Source of the DNA: Oikopleura dioica
Taxonomy: Eukaryota; Animalia; Chordata
Length of the DNA stretch: 64,000 nt
Assembly: GCA_907165135.1 (NCBI GenBank)
Contig: OU015568.1
Location: 15,635,208-15,699,207 of the forward strand
Direction: 5' to 3'
Shown here: positions 46,381 through 59,880 of the stretch, piece by piece
Position numbering within the stretch: position 1 is the first letter of the stretch
Layout: the number at the start of each line of letters is the position of its first letter
Made by a program: the position numbers and the translations under genes
The notes under the pieces: model-generated
Seen by the model: the letters and a program-made list of their open reading frames with translations, nothing else
The model's database searches: none
What the model was told of the DNA's origin: nothing

Positions 46381-49189
46381 CTACAGTTTTGTTTCTTCCA
46401 TAAGTAGAACCGTCAGAGCGGACCAGCCAGTAAACGGATGACATCCTTGACCCTTTCCGTCTTTTTCCGAGTAGTTTTCCCAAATAAATCCGGTCTCTTT
46501 GTAGTTTCGGAAAACGTTTCCAATTAGATTTTGTCTGAGACGAGTGGCAAGGTCGGCCGCTTGAGTCTGATAGGGACCAGGTTCGTCGCTGTAAAAGTCG
46601 AGCGCGTGGACTGCAAGGAAATTGATGTTAATCCAGATGTTGCCTCTCCAGTACGGCGGATCATGCTCTGTATTTCTTTCCTCGAACATTGGGTCAGATT
46701 TGGCTAAACTTCGAAGGCCAAAGTCAGTCCACAACTTTTGCGGATCACCAATCATTTCTAGCGTAGCTCCGAGCTGCGGACTGTCTGAATCGAGGATTTT
46801 CATCAAGAACGGGAAAAGTTGAATGTAGCCCGTATGAGGAACGAGACGAAGACGTGGTTGCTCGACAACTTTTCTGACTTTGATGACTCGTGGATTTCCG
46901 TGATCGTCTTTGACCTGCTTTCTGACGAGTTTGACATTGTGAGAATGAAGGCCGTAATCAGAAAACTGCTTCGCTTCGGCGTCCCAATGAAGCTTATTCA
47001 GTTTCGTATTGTCCTTCAGTTCTGTCTCTAGCTGTAAGTATTCGTAGTTCGACTGGCCGAGTTTTATCGCCATTTTGCCAAGGACTTGAGCCGCGAGAGC
47101 CATCCAGCAACGGAGGTCGAGATGGTACTCGTCTTTGGTCGGATGGGATGCTCGTGGAAAATCATCAAGGCCAGAGGTTAGGGTTTTCGGATTCAGCTCG
47201 AGATTCTCTGGGCCAATGTGTCGGCCTTGCCATGTGTACGTTCCAGGAATTGGACCAGCCTAAAGAAATGAGGGTCAAATAGGAGAAAATATGCTTTCCT
47301 CACCTGTGTGGTATTGAACCAACTAAACCATGCTTTGATCCTCGGATACAGCGCTTCTAACTGGTCTTTCTCCAAGCTCTCCGACGAAACCAAATAGTCC
47401 AGCGCCAGCAATAGCGTTGGCGGATTCGCCCGGTCGGTTCCCTGAATAATAAACGGATCAGGAACGCGTTGTCTCGCCTCTTCGTCGAGAATCTGTTCTC
47501 GTGGAATCCAACCGTCCATGTTGAGAAGATCGAGCCAGTGACAAAGAGAGTCGATGGAGATTTTCGGATTGAAGCGAGAGACGAGCAGTTGATGGAATCC
47601 TTCGTCCCAGAGAAATCCTCGCGGGAAAAATGATCTGCTCGGCACAGCGGTATACAGAGGGGCGTCCCAGTTTGGCGTCACTAGAAAAACCTCGTTACAA
47701 ATTTAGGTCAAATATTAGATCTTACCTTTTTCTCCTTGTTTTTGAACTAACGAGTGGCCATAGTAATACCCAAAGCCTCCAATCATGTTGGAAACAGCTG
47801 CCATCGCAAATTCGAGATGTTCTTCTCCAGAGAATTGCTCTTGTAGCTTGATTCTTGAGCCAAAAACTCGCTTGAAGTTCTTTCTATGTCTTGAAAGCTC
47901 TTCTTCGAAGAAGTCCCCAACAAGAGGTCGTTTTCGTTCATGATTACCGCTGACAGAGTTGAAGTTGACTTCAAACGAACAGGGATGCTCGCACGTGATC
48001 GAGTGAACAACGACTTGGTGATTCTTGTGATTTGGCTTTCGGTAGTTTTTGTCGTACTTTGGCTCGTCGAACCAGAAATGCGGCACCTTTTGATTTTCGT
48101 CTAATTCGATGTACTCGCCCGAGAGGCGGCGCATAACGTCGTTTTCCAAATCGGTGATTTTGTTAATGAAGTCGCTATAAGTCCAGAACGCGGTGTTCTC
48201 TTGAGCATCGTGGAGAAATCGAACTTCAAACTTGCTGAGCGAGGATGTTTCGCCGGTGAACTTGTCGAGCTCGTCTGCGGGATCGTTGCCTAGTGGGACT
48301 TTGAGGTAGCCATCGGAATCGGTGACGAAGTAGAAGGCGAATGTCGTCGTACCAGATCCTAGGATTAGGGTTAGAGTTAGTGGTACTTAGGTTATTTCGA
48401 ATTATCATAAGCTGGACTTCACGACTTGTGTAGAGACCTGACGCAGGTCCCTGAAACTGCTTTTACTCGAGTTCTTTCCGGAACCTGAGTCAGGTTTCTA
48501 CGCAGGTTGCCGAGCTTAGATCATAAATTACCTTCAGTATCGACTTTTACAGTCCAGTCGCCGCCGTTTCCACCTACTTGTTGTTTCAAAAACTTCGTCC
48601 AGATCTTGTAATTCTTTTCTTGAATCGACTGCACTCCAAAATTGACACCATCGTGCTCCTTCCACCCGTACTTGAGCTGATTGTCCTGGTTGCACTTGTG
48701 TCGGACTATGTCTCCTTGAATTTCATTTCGTGGAAATTTGTTGTTCAGCCACATTAATCCGGCGAGAAGGGAGTTTTTTGAACGCGTTCTCAGGCCTAAG
48801 TAGTGACCGCTTCTATAGGTTCCCCAGAAACGACTCATGTCTTCTTTTGAAAGACTTTGGACTGCGGAAGGGACATCTAAGGGCTTCAGATATGAGTTTT
48901 CGTCTTTTTGTGTTTGAGTTGAACTTGAGCTGGAACTTTCATCGCGGGGCATAAAATATAATCCAAAGAAAATTATACACAAGGAAATTAGGATTTTTGG
49001 CAGGAGAGATTTGTTCTTTCAAGGGATAACAATTACAATATGAAAGAGGGGTACTTATTCAAACGGAAAAATTTCTCTAAATTATTTAAAATTTTTTCCC
49101 TTTTCCTGTCTCTTTTCTTTTGAAAGATCTTCCTCCAAAGCATCACTAGGTGGACCTTTGGAGTTTTTACGATTTCGAACTTGTGCCAT
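46381..49189 (-). CDS. MOGS: Mannosyl-oligosaccharide glucosidase (glucosidase I, GH63)
   Basis: MAQVRNRK + [63 protein letters not shown]. Confidence 0.95.
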
Positions 49190-49239
49190 TCTAAATTTTT
49201 ATAATAAACGACCAGTTTTTTTGAATTTGTCAATTTCTC

Positions 49240-49302
49240 AAAAATGTCACTCTTGGCTGCTCTGGCGTAGTGACCTCTGGCGTAGGCGCGCGCAGACTTC
49301 AG
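49240..49302. promoter_or_regulatory. Putative bidirectional promoter between MOGS and CDK4/6
   Basis: Head-to-head genes with ATGs ~200 bp apart; direct repeat CTCTGGCGTAG x2 and GGCGCGCG. Confidence 0.45.
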
Positions 49303-49395
49303 TCAAGGAAAATTAAAGAAAAAAATAGTGAATCAGCGAAGGAAAGAAAGAGAAAGGAAAATTGCAAAGAAAGAGTTTTGGGAAAGGAGAGAGAA

Positions 49396-51046
49396 ATGGC
49401 AAGGCCGGCGAGTGATCGATGGGTGGATATGGAAGAAATTGGTGGTGGTGCTTACGGAGTCGTTTTCAGAGCTAGAGATAGACGTAAGAACACACTTTTT
49501 GCTATAATTTTTTTAGATATTAAAAATTAAGCGGATAAGAATTAACTACGACGAAAGGTCTGATGCCCTTCATTTTACAATCAATAATTAACTTACAAAA
49601 TAGTTTATATAATTTTCAATCGAAAATGAACTTACGGTTTTCCCTTTCAGAACACGACAACCGCGTGGTAGCTCTAAAACGCCTCCGAGTCCAAGCTTCC
49701 GATGAAGGAATGCCGTTGAATACAATCCGTGAAATCGCAATTTTAAGAAGACTCGTCGGCTTCGAACACCCAAATGTAGTCAGTTTACTGGACGTCTGTT
49801 GCTCCAGAAGAAATGATCATGAAATCAGGCACGGGTCCCCAAACGAGTTCGCGAAAAATGAGTGTGTTTGAACTTTGAAGAACCCTAATGAAAGGCTTTT
49901 ATTAGTTTTTGAACATGTCGAAATGGACCTGGAAACATTCATTTCCAACGCCAGGGCGGGTGGGGGAGTGTCCATCGAAGACAGCCGCCACATTTCGAGG
50001 CAGTTGCTTTCTGGCCTTGACTTTTTGCATTCTCAGGTAGTCCCTGCGTCCTTGAAGATTCTAGTGATAATTTTAGTGTATCGTACATCGTGACCTCAAG
50101 CCTCAAAACGTGTTAATCACTGGCCAGCAACATGGTAAGTCTCTTTCTTTATGGGGACAACGCCCATTTTATTTTTGACTACTTTCAAGCCTGCTCTATT
50201 GACCGATTTTTTTCGTAACAATGATGTTTAGTAAGAATAGCTGATTTTGGACTGGCTCGTCTGTACACGCCCGAAACAACATTAACCCAAGTTGTGGTCA
50301 CTCTTTGGTACCGAGCTCCTGAAATTCTCCTTCATGTTTCTTACCATTCAGCCGTCGATTTATGGGTGAATAACTCTTTCGTTGAATACCGACTTATCAT
50401 TTTTCATTTTCAGGGAGCTGGCTGTATCATAGCAGAAATCTTCAACGGCGAGCCGCTGTTCCAGGGAGACCGAGAAATCGCCCAGCTAAGAGAAATATTC
50501 AAAGTTCTCGGTGTCCCGCCAGAAAGCGACTGGCCAGCGAATACGAATGTTTCAAGAGATAGTTTTGAAAATGCTCCTAGAATGGTAAACCCTTCAATTC
50601 TCCACCTCCCCTATCTTTCTCCCTAGAGCATGGCAGATATCGTTCCCCGGGCACCACCATACGCGCAGGAATTGATCAAACGGCTGCTAGAATTTTCCTT
50701 CGAGAAACGACCGACCGCTTCTGCCGCGCTCAAAGGCCCCTGGTTCCAGCCCCAAGGAGCAACTTCTATCCTCCAGCCTCAAGAGAATCGCGCTTCTAGC
50801 AATAGCAGTACCTCAACTGCAGAACAAACGGCTCAGAATTGCCCAAGTGCTGCTTCCAATCCTTCCAATTCAAATTCCGCCAATTCCGAAAACGCACTAA
50901 CTTCCAGCACAAACGAAAGCGGCGATCAAAGCACTTCTTCCTCCGCTAGAATCAACTCTTCTATAATCGGCAACACTAGGTCAAGAGAATCGCCTCTTGC
51001 CACTCAAGATGAAACTTCCATCAAAAGAAGTAGAGCAAATACATGA
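49396..51046 (+). CDS. CDK6: Cyclin-dependent kinase 4/6
   Basis: IGGGAYGVV, VALK, PLNTIRE, HRDLKPQN, DFGLAR, VVTLWYRAPE; long Ser/Asn-rich tail. Confidence 0.92.
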
Positions 51047-51597
51047 ATTTCGTTCGCTGAAAAAGTAAAAAGCCGATATGGCATTTTATTTAAGTGACAT
51101 TTTACTGTAACTCTTTCAATTTCTAGATTTTTTCAAACTTTTTATTTTCAAACATTCAAAATTTTGTCTCTTTGTGCCAAAACCTCAAATATTTCTTATT
51201 GAAAAAGTACCTACTCTTTCCTGTCAATCAAAAAAGCGATGCCAAAGTTCAATCCTTCTCAATTTCTCCTGACCTTATCCTGAAACAACATTTGCCTTTG
51301 CTGAATGTACTGTACTGAATTACTGAATTATCTATCTCGTGCTTTCTCAACTTTCTCTTCCTCGACTTTTGCGAAACGCAAACAATTCAATCTCAATCTC
51401 CTCAATCATTTTTTCTCCATTTTTTTTTCAAAAAGAAAAATAAATTTCTTCTTTTTGCAATTCAAAACTTTCAAATTCTTATCATTTCTTATCAATTCAG
51501 GTTGTTTTCCTTTTCGTACCAAATAAACATTCTAGTGCCTATCAACTTGAAGTTCTTTCATTTTTATATCTTCAGAGAATTAAAAAGAAAAAGAAGA

Positions 51598-52547
51598 ATG
51601 AGTATGGAATCGACGATTTTGACAAAACCAGAGTGCCTTGTTTACAGACTGCCACCGCGAAATTCAGTCAGGGGGTACCGAGCCGCCGACTGGGGGCTTG
51701 ACAAGCCAGCCTGGACTGGGAGAATGCGAGTCACTGCCAGAGACGAAAAAGTTTCAATCAAGGTACTGTTATCTCTTGCCCTACCACCTCATCAACAGGG
51801 AATGGAAGGCTCCCCCAAGATCCCCCTGATGCCCTAAACTTCCAACTTTTAATAGCTCGAAGACACGACAAATGGACAGCTCTTCGCCGAATGTCCAATC
51901 ACCGAATACCCAACGAAAGACATCGAATCCGTCAACGACTCGTCGAGATACTTCGTTTTAAGAATTCAAAATCAGGGCCGCTCGGCGTTTATTGGCGTCG
52001 GCTTCCGCGACAGGGGAGACAGCTTTGATTTTAACGTCGCTCTCCAGGTTATTCTCCTTCTCGTAAACATGCGCTTATTAACTTTTCTTTCTTGAGTAGG
52101 ATCATTATAAATGGGTAAAGAATGCGAATGCTCCTTCCGATCCGGGCAATGTAAAGCCTCTCAATCTTGGTCTTGCGGAAGGGCAAACGATCAAAATCAA
52201 CTTATCCGTAAGTTTTGAAAAAATATTTAGCATTCCTCAAAATCTTTCCCAGGGAAAGATGGGCGAAGGCCGAGAAAGACCAAAGCAGGCAGCGAGTACA
52301 AGTGGAATTTCTCTTCTTCCGCCTCCTCCATCAAAAACCAACCCAGCAGCCCCAGCTGCTCCAGGAACCGCTTCTGGAAATTTGCTGAATCTCGCCCCTC
52401 CTCCCCAGCCCGCCGCTCCCAGCAGCTCGACAACAGGTCTTTTGCCGAGACAAGCAACTTTTGACAATAACGACTTCTTTCCTAGATGACGATTTTGGAG
52501 ATTTTTCCGCGCCCACTACGCAGAGCTCGAACTGGGTCTCGTTTTAA
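51598..52547 (+). CDS. NECAP1: Adaptin ear-binding coat-associated protein
   Basis: [45 protein letters not shown], ends NWVSF*. Confidence 0.95.
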
Positions 52548-53054
52548 TTCTTGAGCTTCGAAGTCAACAGAAAAATATTCAAGAGAATCGTTAATTTTCT
52601 ATCAATCCGACCTAGAGCTTCAACATGTCTTCGTGCAATTTTCGTCTCTTTATACACAAAACCGTCTATATTTTAATATTTACTCTTTATATTCCACTAT
52701 AAAGTACTAGAAATACTACTCTAACAGTCCTTAATATAATTATATTACCAGTATAATCAGATAATCTACATTTTCCATTCTTTTTTTTCATTTCCAACAA
52801 CGATTTTGGGAATATTACTACTTTTTTCTTCCGTGGTTTTTCTTCAATATAATATTAAATATCATTCAATACGAATATTCAAATTTGCAATCCCTTCAAG
52901 CAAAGGAGCGTTTACTTCTTGTCCATTAGGGAAGAGCCAACTCCCATGGGGATTCTGTTTCGTTGCATCAACCTTCTATTTTCTTCTCCTAAAAAGAAAA
53001 AGAGTCTTTATTGAGAAATCTGCAGCAATGAGATTGTTGGATTATTTTTTAGAC

Positions 53055-56000
53055 ATGATGAGCCGCAAGGCCCTTCGACGAGCAGCAGCTGCTCAGAACT
53101 CCCACCCAAATTGTTTGGGCAGTTCTAGTAGCGCTAGAAAAGCTTCGTCTTTTCCACCGGCTGAAATCTCTGCGGCCATGCGACTTCAAGGGCCGACTAG
53201 GGTTCAGAATCATGACTTTCTTCATGTCTTTTCTGATACCAAGAAGCCAGCAGTTTCTGGACCACTCGCTATCGGTAATTTCCCAGTTTTTTACTTCCTC
53301 TAAACCTGCGCTAGAAATGCGACTTCTCCCAGAAGAACAACAAAATTTTATCAAAACCGAACTCGCCAAAATCGAAAAAGAATCCGTCGACGCCTCCCAC
53401 ACCGGCTACATTCTTCAACTAGCGAAGGAATTCGATGAATTTCTAGCGCTCCGTTTTCCCGATGTGAAGCGATACGGCCTCGAGGGATCAGAAACGATTA
53501 TGCTTTGGTTCGATACGATTTTGAATGAGGTTGACAAGGACAATCATGTTACTATTGGAATGACACATCGAGGAAGAAATAATCTTCTTGTCTGTCTTTT
53601 GGGACTTCGAGCTGACATCATGTTCGGCAAAATGTCTGGTAAGTCCATTTATTCGGCCAAAATGCCTGAATCTTTCTAGGAAAACCCGAATTTCCATTCG
53701 ACCCAGAGCATGAAAGAATCATTGGCGATGTTCTTTCCCACCTGCAGATCTCCAACAAGCTCGACTCGGGCGTATCCGTCTCTCTCTTGCCAAACCCTTC
53801 TCACCTTGACGCCATTAATCCCGCCGCAATGGGCAAGGCAAGGTCAAAAATTGACCACGGCAGCAAAGCTCTTTGCATTCAATGTCATGGAGATGGATCT
53901 CTCATCGGCCAAGGTTTTTTCGTTGCTGAAATAAAAGCTTATTTTTTGTTCAGGACACAACCACGAAATCCTAAACATGCAAAATATTCCCGGCTACGAC
54001 GTCGGCGGCTCCCTCCATTTCTGTTGCGACAATCAGGTCGCCTTCACCGCTTCTGGAAATTTGTCTCGTTCGTGCGCTCGTCCTGGCGACTGTGCTCTAC
54101 CTTACGGCAGCCCTGTAATCTCTGTGTCCGCTAGCCACCCAGAGCAAGTGATTCAAGCAGCCAAACTCGCCCTCCGCTTCCGCAACAAATTCGGCAAAGA
54201 CGTCATGACCGAGCTTGTTGGCTGGCGAAAACACGGTCATAACGAGCTTGATGATCCTAAAATGACGAATCCAATTCTCTACAAACACGTTACCGCAGCC
54301 ACTCCAACTCCCGACGTCTGGTGCTCAAAAATGGACGCAACGAAATCTTCAGAAATCATGGAGAAAGTCAAACAGGAACGAGCTTCATGGCAACAATCAT
54401 TCGACGATGTAAAAGCAGATAAATACGTTCCTGGTCAGCTTTGTCGAAACTTCGGACCTTGGGCTGATGTTCAACGGGCGAATTCTTGGGAGCAGCAAAC
54501 TTGGGCTTCCGGTTATGATGTCGAATCAATGAGGTATATTTTGTCGAAATCTGTGGAAGTGCCAGAAGGATTCAATCTCCATCCCTTTTTTGATCGACAC
54601 AGGAAAACTTTTTACATCATTGATAATCAATTTTCAAATTTGAAGACATAGAGGACTCAGTAGTCGATTCTCATAAGGATATTTTGAAATGAATCAATAT
54701 ATTTTTGTCGAAGTTTACAAAAGAAAGCAGCGACTTGAAGCAGCCACCAGTGGCGAGAAAATAGACTGGGGAGCAGCCGAAGCAGTTGCATTTGGATCAC
54801 TACTTGAACAAGGCTTTGGCGTTCGAATTGCGGGACAAGAAGCGGGTCGGGCCACGTTCGCCCACAGACACGCGATTTTGACTGATCAGGATTCCGAAAA
54901 ACAAGTGTGTCCACTTGCTGAATTTGGCGCCTTCGACGTTGTAAACGCCCCATTGACCGAACAAGCTGTAGTTGCCTTCGAGTGGGGCTACTCGATCGAT
55001 CATCCAAATAATTTATGCCTTTGGGAGGCGCAATTCGGCGATTTCTGGAATCAGGCTGAAGTCTCTGTCGATACCCTAGGAAAGGTCATCAAATGGATTT
55101 ATTTGAAAATAAATTAGAAACGGATTAATCCCGCCAGCTTGATGTTAAAACGGAATACAGCGGTATCAAGGGGCCTTGGATGCATATAAAGATCGATTTT
55201 GGATCTGGGTTGTATTTTTCGTACTAATTAACAAATTTACCGAAAACCGACCTTGAACAAAGTGACGTGTGGCGAGCAAAAATGGGGTCTTCAGTCATCT
55301 CTTCTGATGCTTCTTCCTCACGGATACGATGGAGCTGGGCCAGAGCATTCTAGCTCTCGTGTTGAGCGCCTTCTGCAAATGACAGATTCTTTAGAAAATG
55401 GTGTTGATTCTGGTAATTCATCTCGACCGCTTATAATGCTGACCCCATTCTTTCAGACAATATTAACTTCCAAGTGCTTTGGCCTTCCACAGCCGCACAA
55501 TACTTCCATATTCTCAGAAGACAAATGGTGCGAAACTACAGAAAACCTGGTGCAATTGTGATGCCAAAAACCCTCCTTCGTTTACCGGAATCGCGCTCTA
55601 CTTTCGCCGAAATGGGGCCAAACACATCTTTCCAAACCGTGATCGACGACCCGAGCAAGAACGTCAAGGCGAAACGAGTGGTCGTTACTGCTGGCAAACA
55701 TTACTTCACGCTCGTCAATGAACGAGCAAAGAGAGGCCTCCAAAATGATGTGGCTATTGTGCGTTTGGAACAGCTTGTTCCTTTCCCTGCCAAAGAGATT
55801 CAAGGTAAATTTATTCAAGATGCCCCATTGTTTTTTTATTGAGGTCACATTTTAGGACCTCAATTCTTTCATTTTGTAAATTAATGTCTTTCAAATGTCA
55901 AAAAATTTAATGCATTTGAGAAAAAAATGATCTAACGCAGAAGTAGATACAGTAAGAGAGAAACTACTGGTTAAATATTGTCATAATAGAGATCATCAGT

Positions 56001-56337
56001 AACATGATTGTGCGAGTAAATAGACGCTATACTCATAAGCGTGTGCATTTCCTTTTTCCCATCCTACCAAAATTCGATTAATCATCAGATCTTGCTTGTA
56101 AGGAATTTCTTTTCAGAGACTCTCGCTCGATACACCAACGCTACCTCCTTCATTTTCGGCCAAGAGGAACCTAGAAATTGCGGCGCGTGGACTTTTGTCA
56201 AACCTCGACTTGACTTTATTACTGGTCGACGATTTTCGTACTCTGGCAGACCGGAAATGCCAACTAGCGCTACTGGAACTGGTGTCGAGCATCGTCGACA
56301 ACTTCAAGACCTTCTTGATGACACTTTTAACCTCTAA
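53055..56337 (+). CDS. DHTKD1: 2-oxoadipate dehydrogenase E1 (DHTKD1-like)
   Basis: [67 protein letters not shown]. Confidence 0.92.
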
Positions 56338-56643
56338 GTCTATTTCCACGACTTTGTTCTTATATTCTTCTGTTGAATGATGAGTGACTCCTGTACCGCT
56401 TGTTTCTGAATGGCTTTTATTTTTCAAAGTTTTAACTACCAATATTTATTCGAATTGAATTTCAACCTTCTATTCTTGTTCGATTTTGTTCTTACTTACC
56501 TGTCGGAGATTCCGACCCTCAATCAGTCAAATCAGTTCTTACCTACCAGCTTCAATAAACCGAAAAAATGATCAAACTTTCATCGCTAGAATATTGATTT
56601 TTAGACTCCCAAATTGAATAGTTCCGTTTTTAGAATATAAAAT

Positions 56644-58084
56644 ATGAATGCGGCATTGCTATCACAGATCCAAAATGGGAAGGGACTCAAAAAAGTACCC
56701 GATCACGCGAAAAATGACAGATCGGCAGTAGTAGGAGCGGGACAAGTATCTGGAGAGTCGAATAATAACTCGCAAGGTTCGTTCCAGCGATAGCTTCTTT
56801 CGGTTTCTTACTGAGTTATTAATAGCCAAAAGCCGCGGGCCTCCGATGCCACCAGGCGGAGGGAGAAAGGGACCATCACCGGGCGGCCCTCCGATGCCCG
56901 GCCTTGGTGGAATTCGAGCTCAATTAAATGCACAGTTCGGTGGCTCTTCAAGTGCCCCATCTGGGTAAGCCTCTCTTTCCTGATTCCGATTCTTTATCAA
57001 TCTTATTTGAAGTGGATATAAAGCGCAACCAGCACCGCCTCCTAATTTCAAAAAGCCAAATGGTTTCCCAGCTCCTCCTCCACCAAGTTACGGGTCAAAT
57101 TCAACTGGATCAACTCAAATAAGAGGCCCAGCTCCTAGGGTCCCTCCTCCGGGAAATAAGTGGGGAAGCCCACCACCTCCACCTCCCCCAAGCTCTGGCA
57201 AACCAACAGGATCAGCTCCTCCCCCTTCTCCGAATTCAAATAAGCCTGGCTACAGACCTGGTGCAGCTGCTGCAGTTTCAGCGCCGAATCCACCTCCACC
57301 TTATAACAGTGGAAGAACGTTGCCTAGAGTCACTCAAAGTCAGCAAAGGCAATTCCCTCCTCCGCCAGCTCCATCGAACAATAGGCAATTCCCTCCACCA
57401 AGTTCTGGAAGAGCAGGTTTGAAGCTATTCTCTCCAAATGTTTTTTAAAACTCGTACCTTAGGCCCACCACCTCCTCCAAGCAGAGATCCAGGGACAAGA
57501 ACGACGGGAGGAAGTGTTCGTCCACCAGCTCCGCCACCACCAACTCAGTATGGCAGCCAGCAAAGAAATTTCCCAGCACCATCTGCAGCATCAAAAGCAC
57601 CACAACTGAATAGGCCGCCTCCACCAGCTCCACCAATTCATACCTCCCCAGTTCAATCTTCAGTAAGCCCTTTTCCTTTGACAACCTATTAAAATCGATC
57701 CTAGAAGAGTTCTATTGACAACGCAGTGTTCACGGAGATTCGTAATCTACCAAGGCCCGATGTCTACAGACGGCCGGCCGCATCGGCTTATCCCTCCGAG
57801 AGCCGTAATGCACCGTCGCGTACAGCGCCAAAACCGCCAGGTACACTTTTTCCTGGTTTTCAAAATTAATTATTAACGATTCTGCTCTAATCGCGATTCT
57901 AAATCCAGCGCATTTGAATCTGAGTAAATGAAAATTCATGCCAAAAATTAAATGAATTTTCCTCCGACATGTTTTAGCCAGTAAAAAGCCTCCTGACCGA
58001 CCCCCACCACCATTAGGTGGCTTTCCGCCGCTAAATTCGTTCGTAAAAAATGTTATTTGTCATTTAACAATTCCCAACAGTTAA
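56644..58084 (+). CDS. WIPF1: WASP-interacting protein/verprolin family
   Basis: WH2 ALLSQIQNGKGLKKV...NDRS, long poly-Pro exons, C-terminal FTEIRNLPRPDVY...YPS motif. Confidence 0.8.
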
Positions 58085-58545
58085 TAACTTAATACCATTG
58101 CATTTATACTGTCATTGTGCCTGAAAACGTAAGAACTCGTATTGCACGACTAAAAGAAAAGGACTTCAAAAGTTCGAAATTTTAAATAATTCATTATATA
58201 AATCAGATGCAGAAACATACGGACGGTATCTTGTCCCGAAAACAAGGTATGAATTTTCAATTCGAATCTTAGGATCCATCTCTTTAGAAAACTTCTACAG
58301 TAAAACTTGTCTTCAATTTAAAAAACAACGCCGAAAGTAGCTTCAAACTTAAATAACGTTCTCATTGCACCAAGCTTATCTTTGACAGGTTGATTGGCCT
58401 GTTGAGAATATTTGATTTGAAAAAACAGGTTTTTTTTAAGACTGCTCCTCAACTGTGGAGCGGTTTTGAGTACCTTAGAGTCGAGATTTTTTGAATCTCT
58501 CTTTTGGACCTTGTTAAAGAAGGTATGTAGTGTGTTAAATAAGGA

Positions 58546-58665
58546 TTTGGTGTCAGCACCTTCTGTGGTGGTGGAGTAACCAGATAGTCAAAAATACACT
58601 AAAATCATAGGAAAAATTGACGATGACGTCATTTCTCAACCACCAACATTGGTGCTGACACCAAA
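58546..58665. mobile_element. Small MITE-like inverted repeat
   Basis: TTTGGTGTCAGCACC / GGTGCTGACACCAAA 15-bp perfect TIR. Confidence 0.55.
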
Positions 58666-59880
58666 AATAATCAGAAATACTTTTTACTGATGTGCGGAAG
58701 ACCTCTGCTCGATTAGAACAAAAGTCTATCTTTAGTCAATTAGTTTTAATGTACAGTATTCGACCTGTGACGCTCGAGTTTCTCTCGTGACGTGTTGGAT
58801 CAGAACACGAGCATTTGCGACTTACGGCAGTTCATTTCCTCATTGCGGTGATTTATTTCTAATTTTGTGACTTTAGGCCACTGAGGTAATCAAGTGTGCG
58901 GCTGGATGATTGTATAATTACTCGGAAGACTTCAACTTCTAATCAAGTTCACCTCAGAAATCGCTGATTTCGCTCGCTACCGATTCAACCTAACACTACT
59001 TGTATCTCCTCTGCTCACCTGGGAGAACATGCACTTATTCCAGAGCTATTCCTTCGCTGTAAAAAGTCGTATCCCAGAGCCCAAATTCACAACCAAACCT
59101 GCGTTTTAAATCTTGTACAGTGCAAAAAGAACTACTTATCAGACTCTCCTCCCTAACTGCTCAATAATTATTGAATATAATTTTATATGTAGCTTTTCCC
59201 CATATTTCTTATTTCTCCATTCAAAAATTCTACTTCCGTATATTTCATCGCTTCGCATATCTTCTAAAACTGCTAACCTTTGAATATATTGAACAGTTCT
59301 ACCGAGATTTTAGTGCATTCGGACCACTATCTTCTCACTCTTTTTTGAAAATCTTGCTTTGATAAAAACAAACTATTCTACTCTCATATTTTATATATAT
59401 TAAAAATTTCCAGAAGTGCCAATCAAGCTTATAGAAATAATAAATGATTGAAATAATCAATGAAAAATATGATTAATTTGCTTCTGATCATATGATCGGA
59501 AGAAATGGTTTTCTGACTAGTGAGCAGGTTGTTTGAGCACCGGCAGGGAAAATACAGTAGTTTTATCGATCAGTTGCAATTGCTGGTAGACTCAGTAAGA
59601 ACCGGTCTCTCGTCTTCGCCTGATATCTATAATTAAAACGTCCTCCAGTAGATGGCGTTTTGTCGAAAAGGCATCAGAAGGTGCGCGCTCGGGGCTCTAT
59701 CGATTTTGCCTCGAGGGCGTTCATTCCCCCAGGGCAGCTGTAGGGATTGCTGCAGCGCAACAAGCAGAGAGCAAGGCCCGTCTCCGAGAGCTCAATTTCA
59801 CGCTCTAGGATTAATCCGAGCAACGAGAGTACTATTATCAGAAGATAAGAGAGCAACAGGGCGCTGTCAACTCGCTGAAC

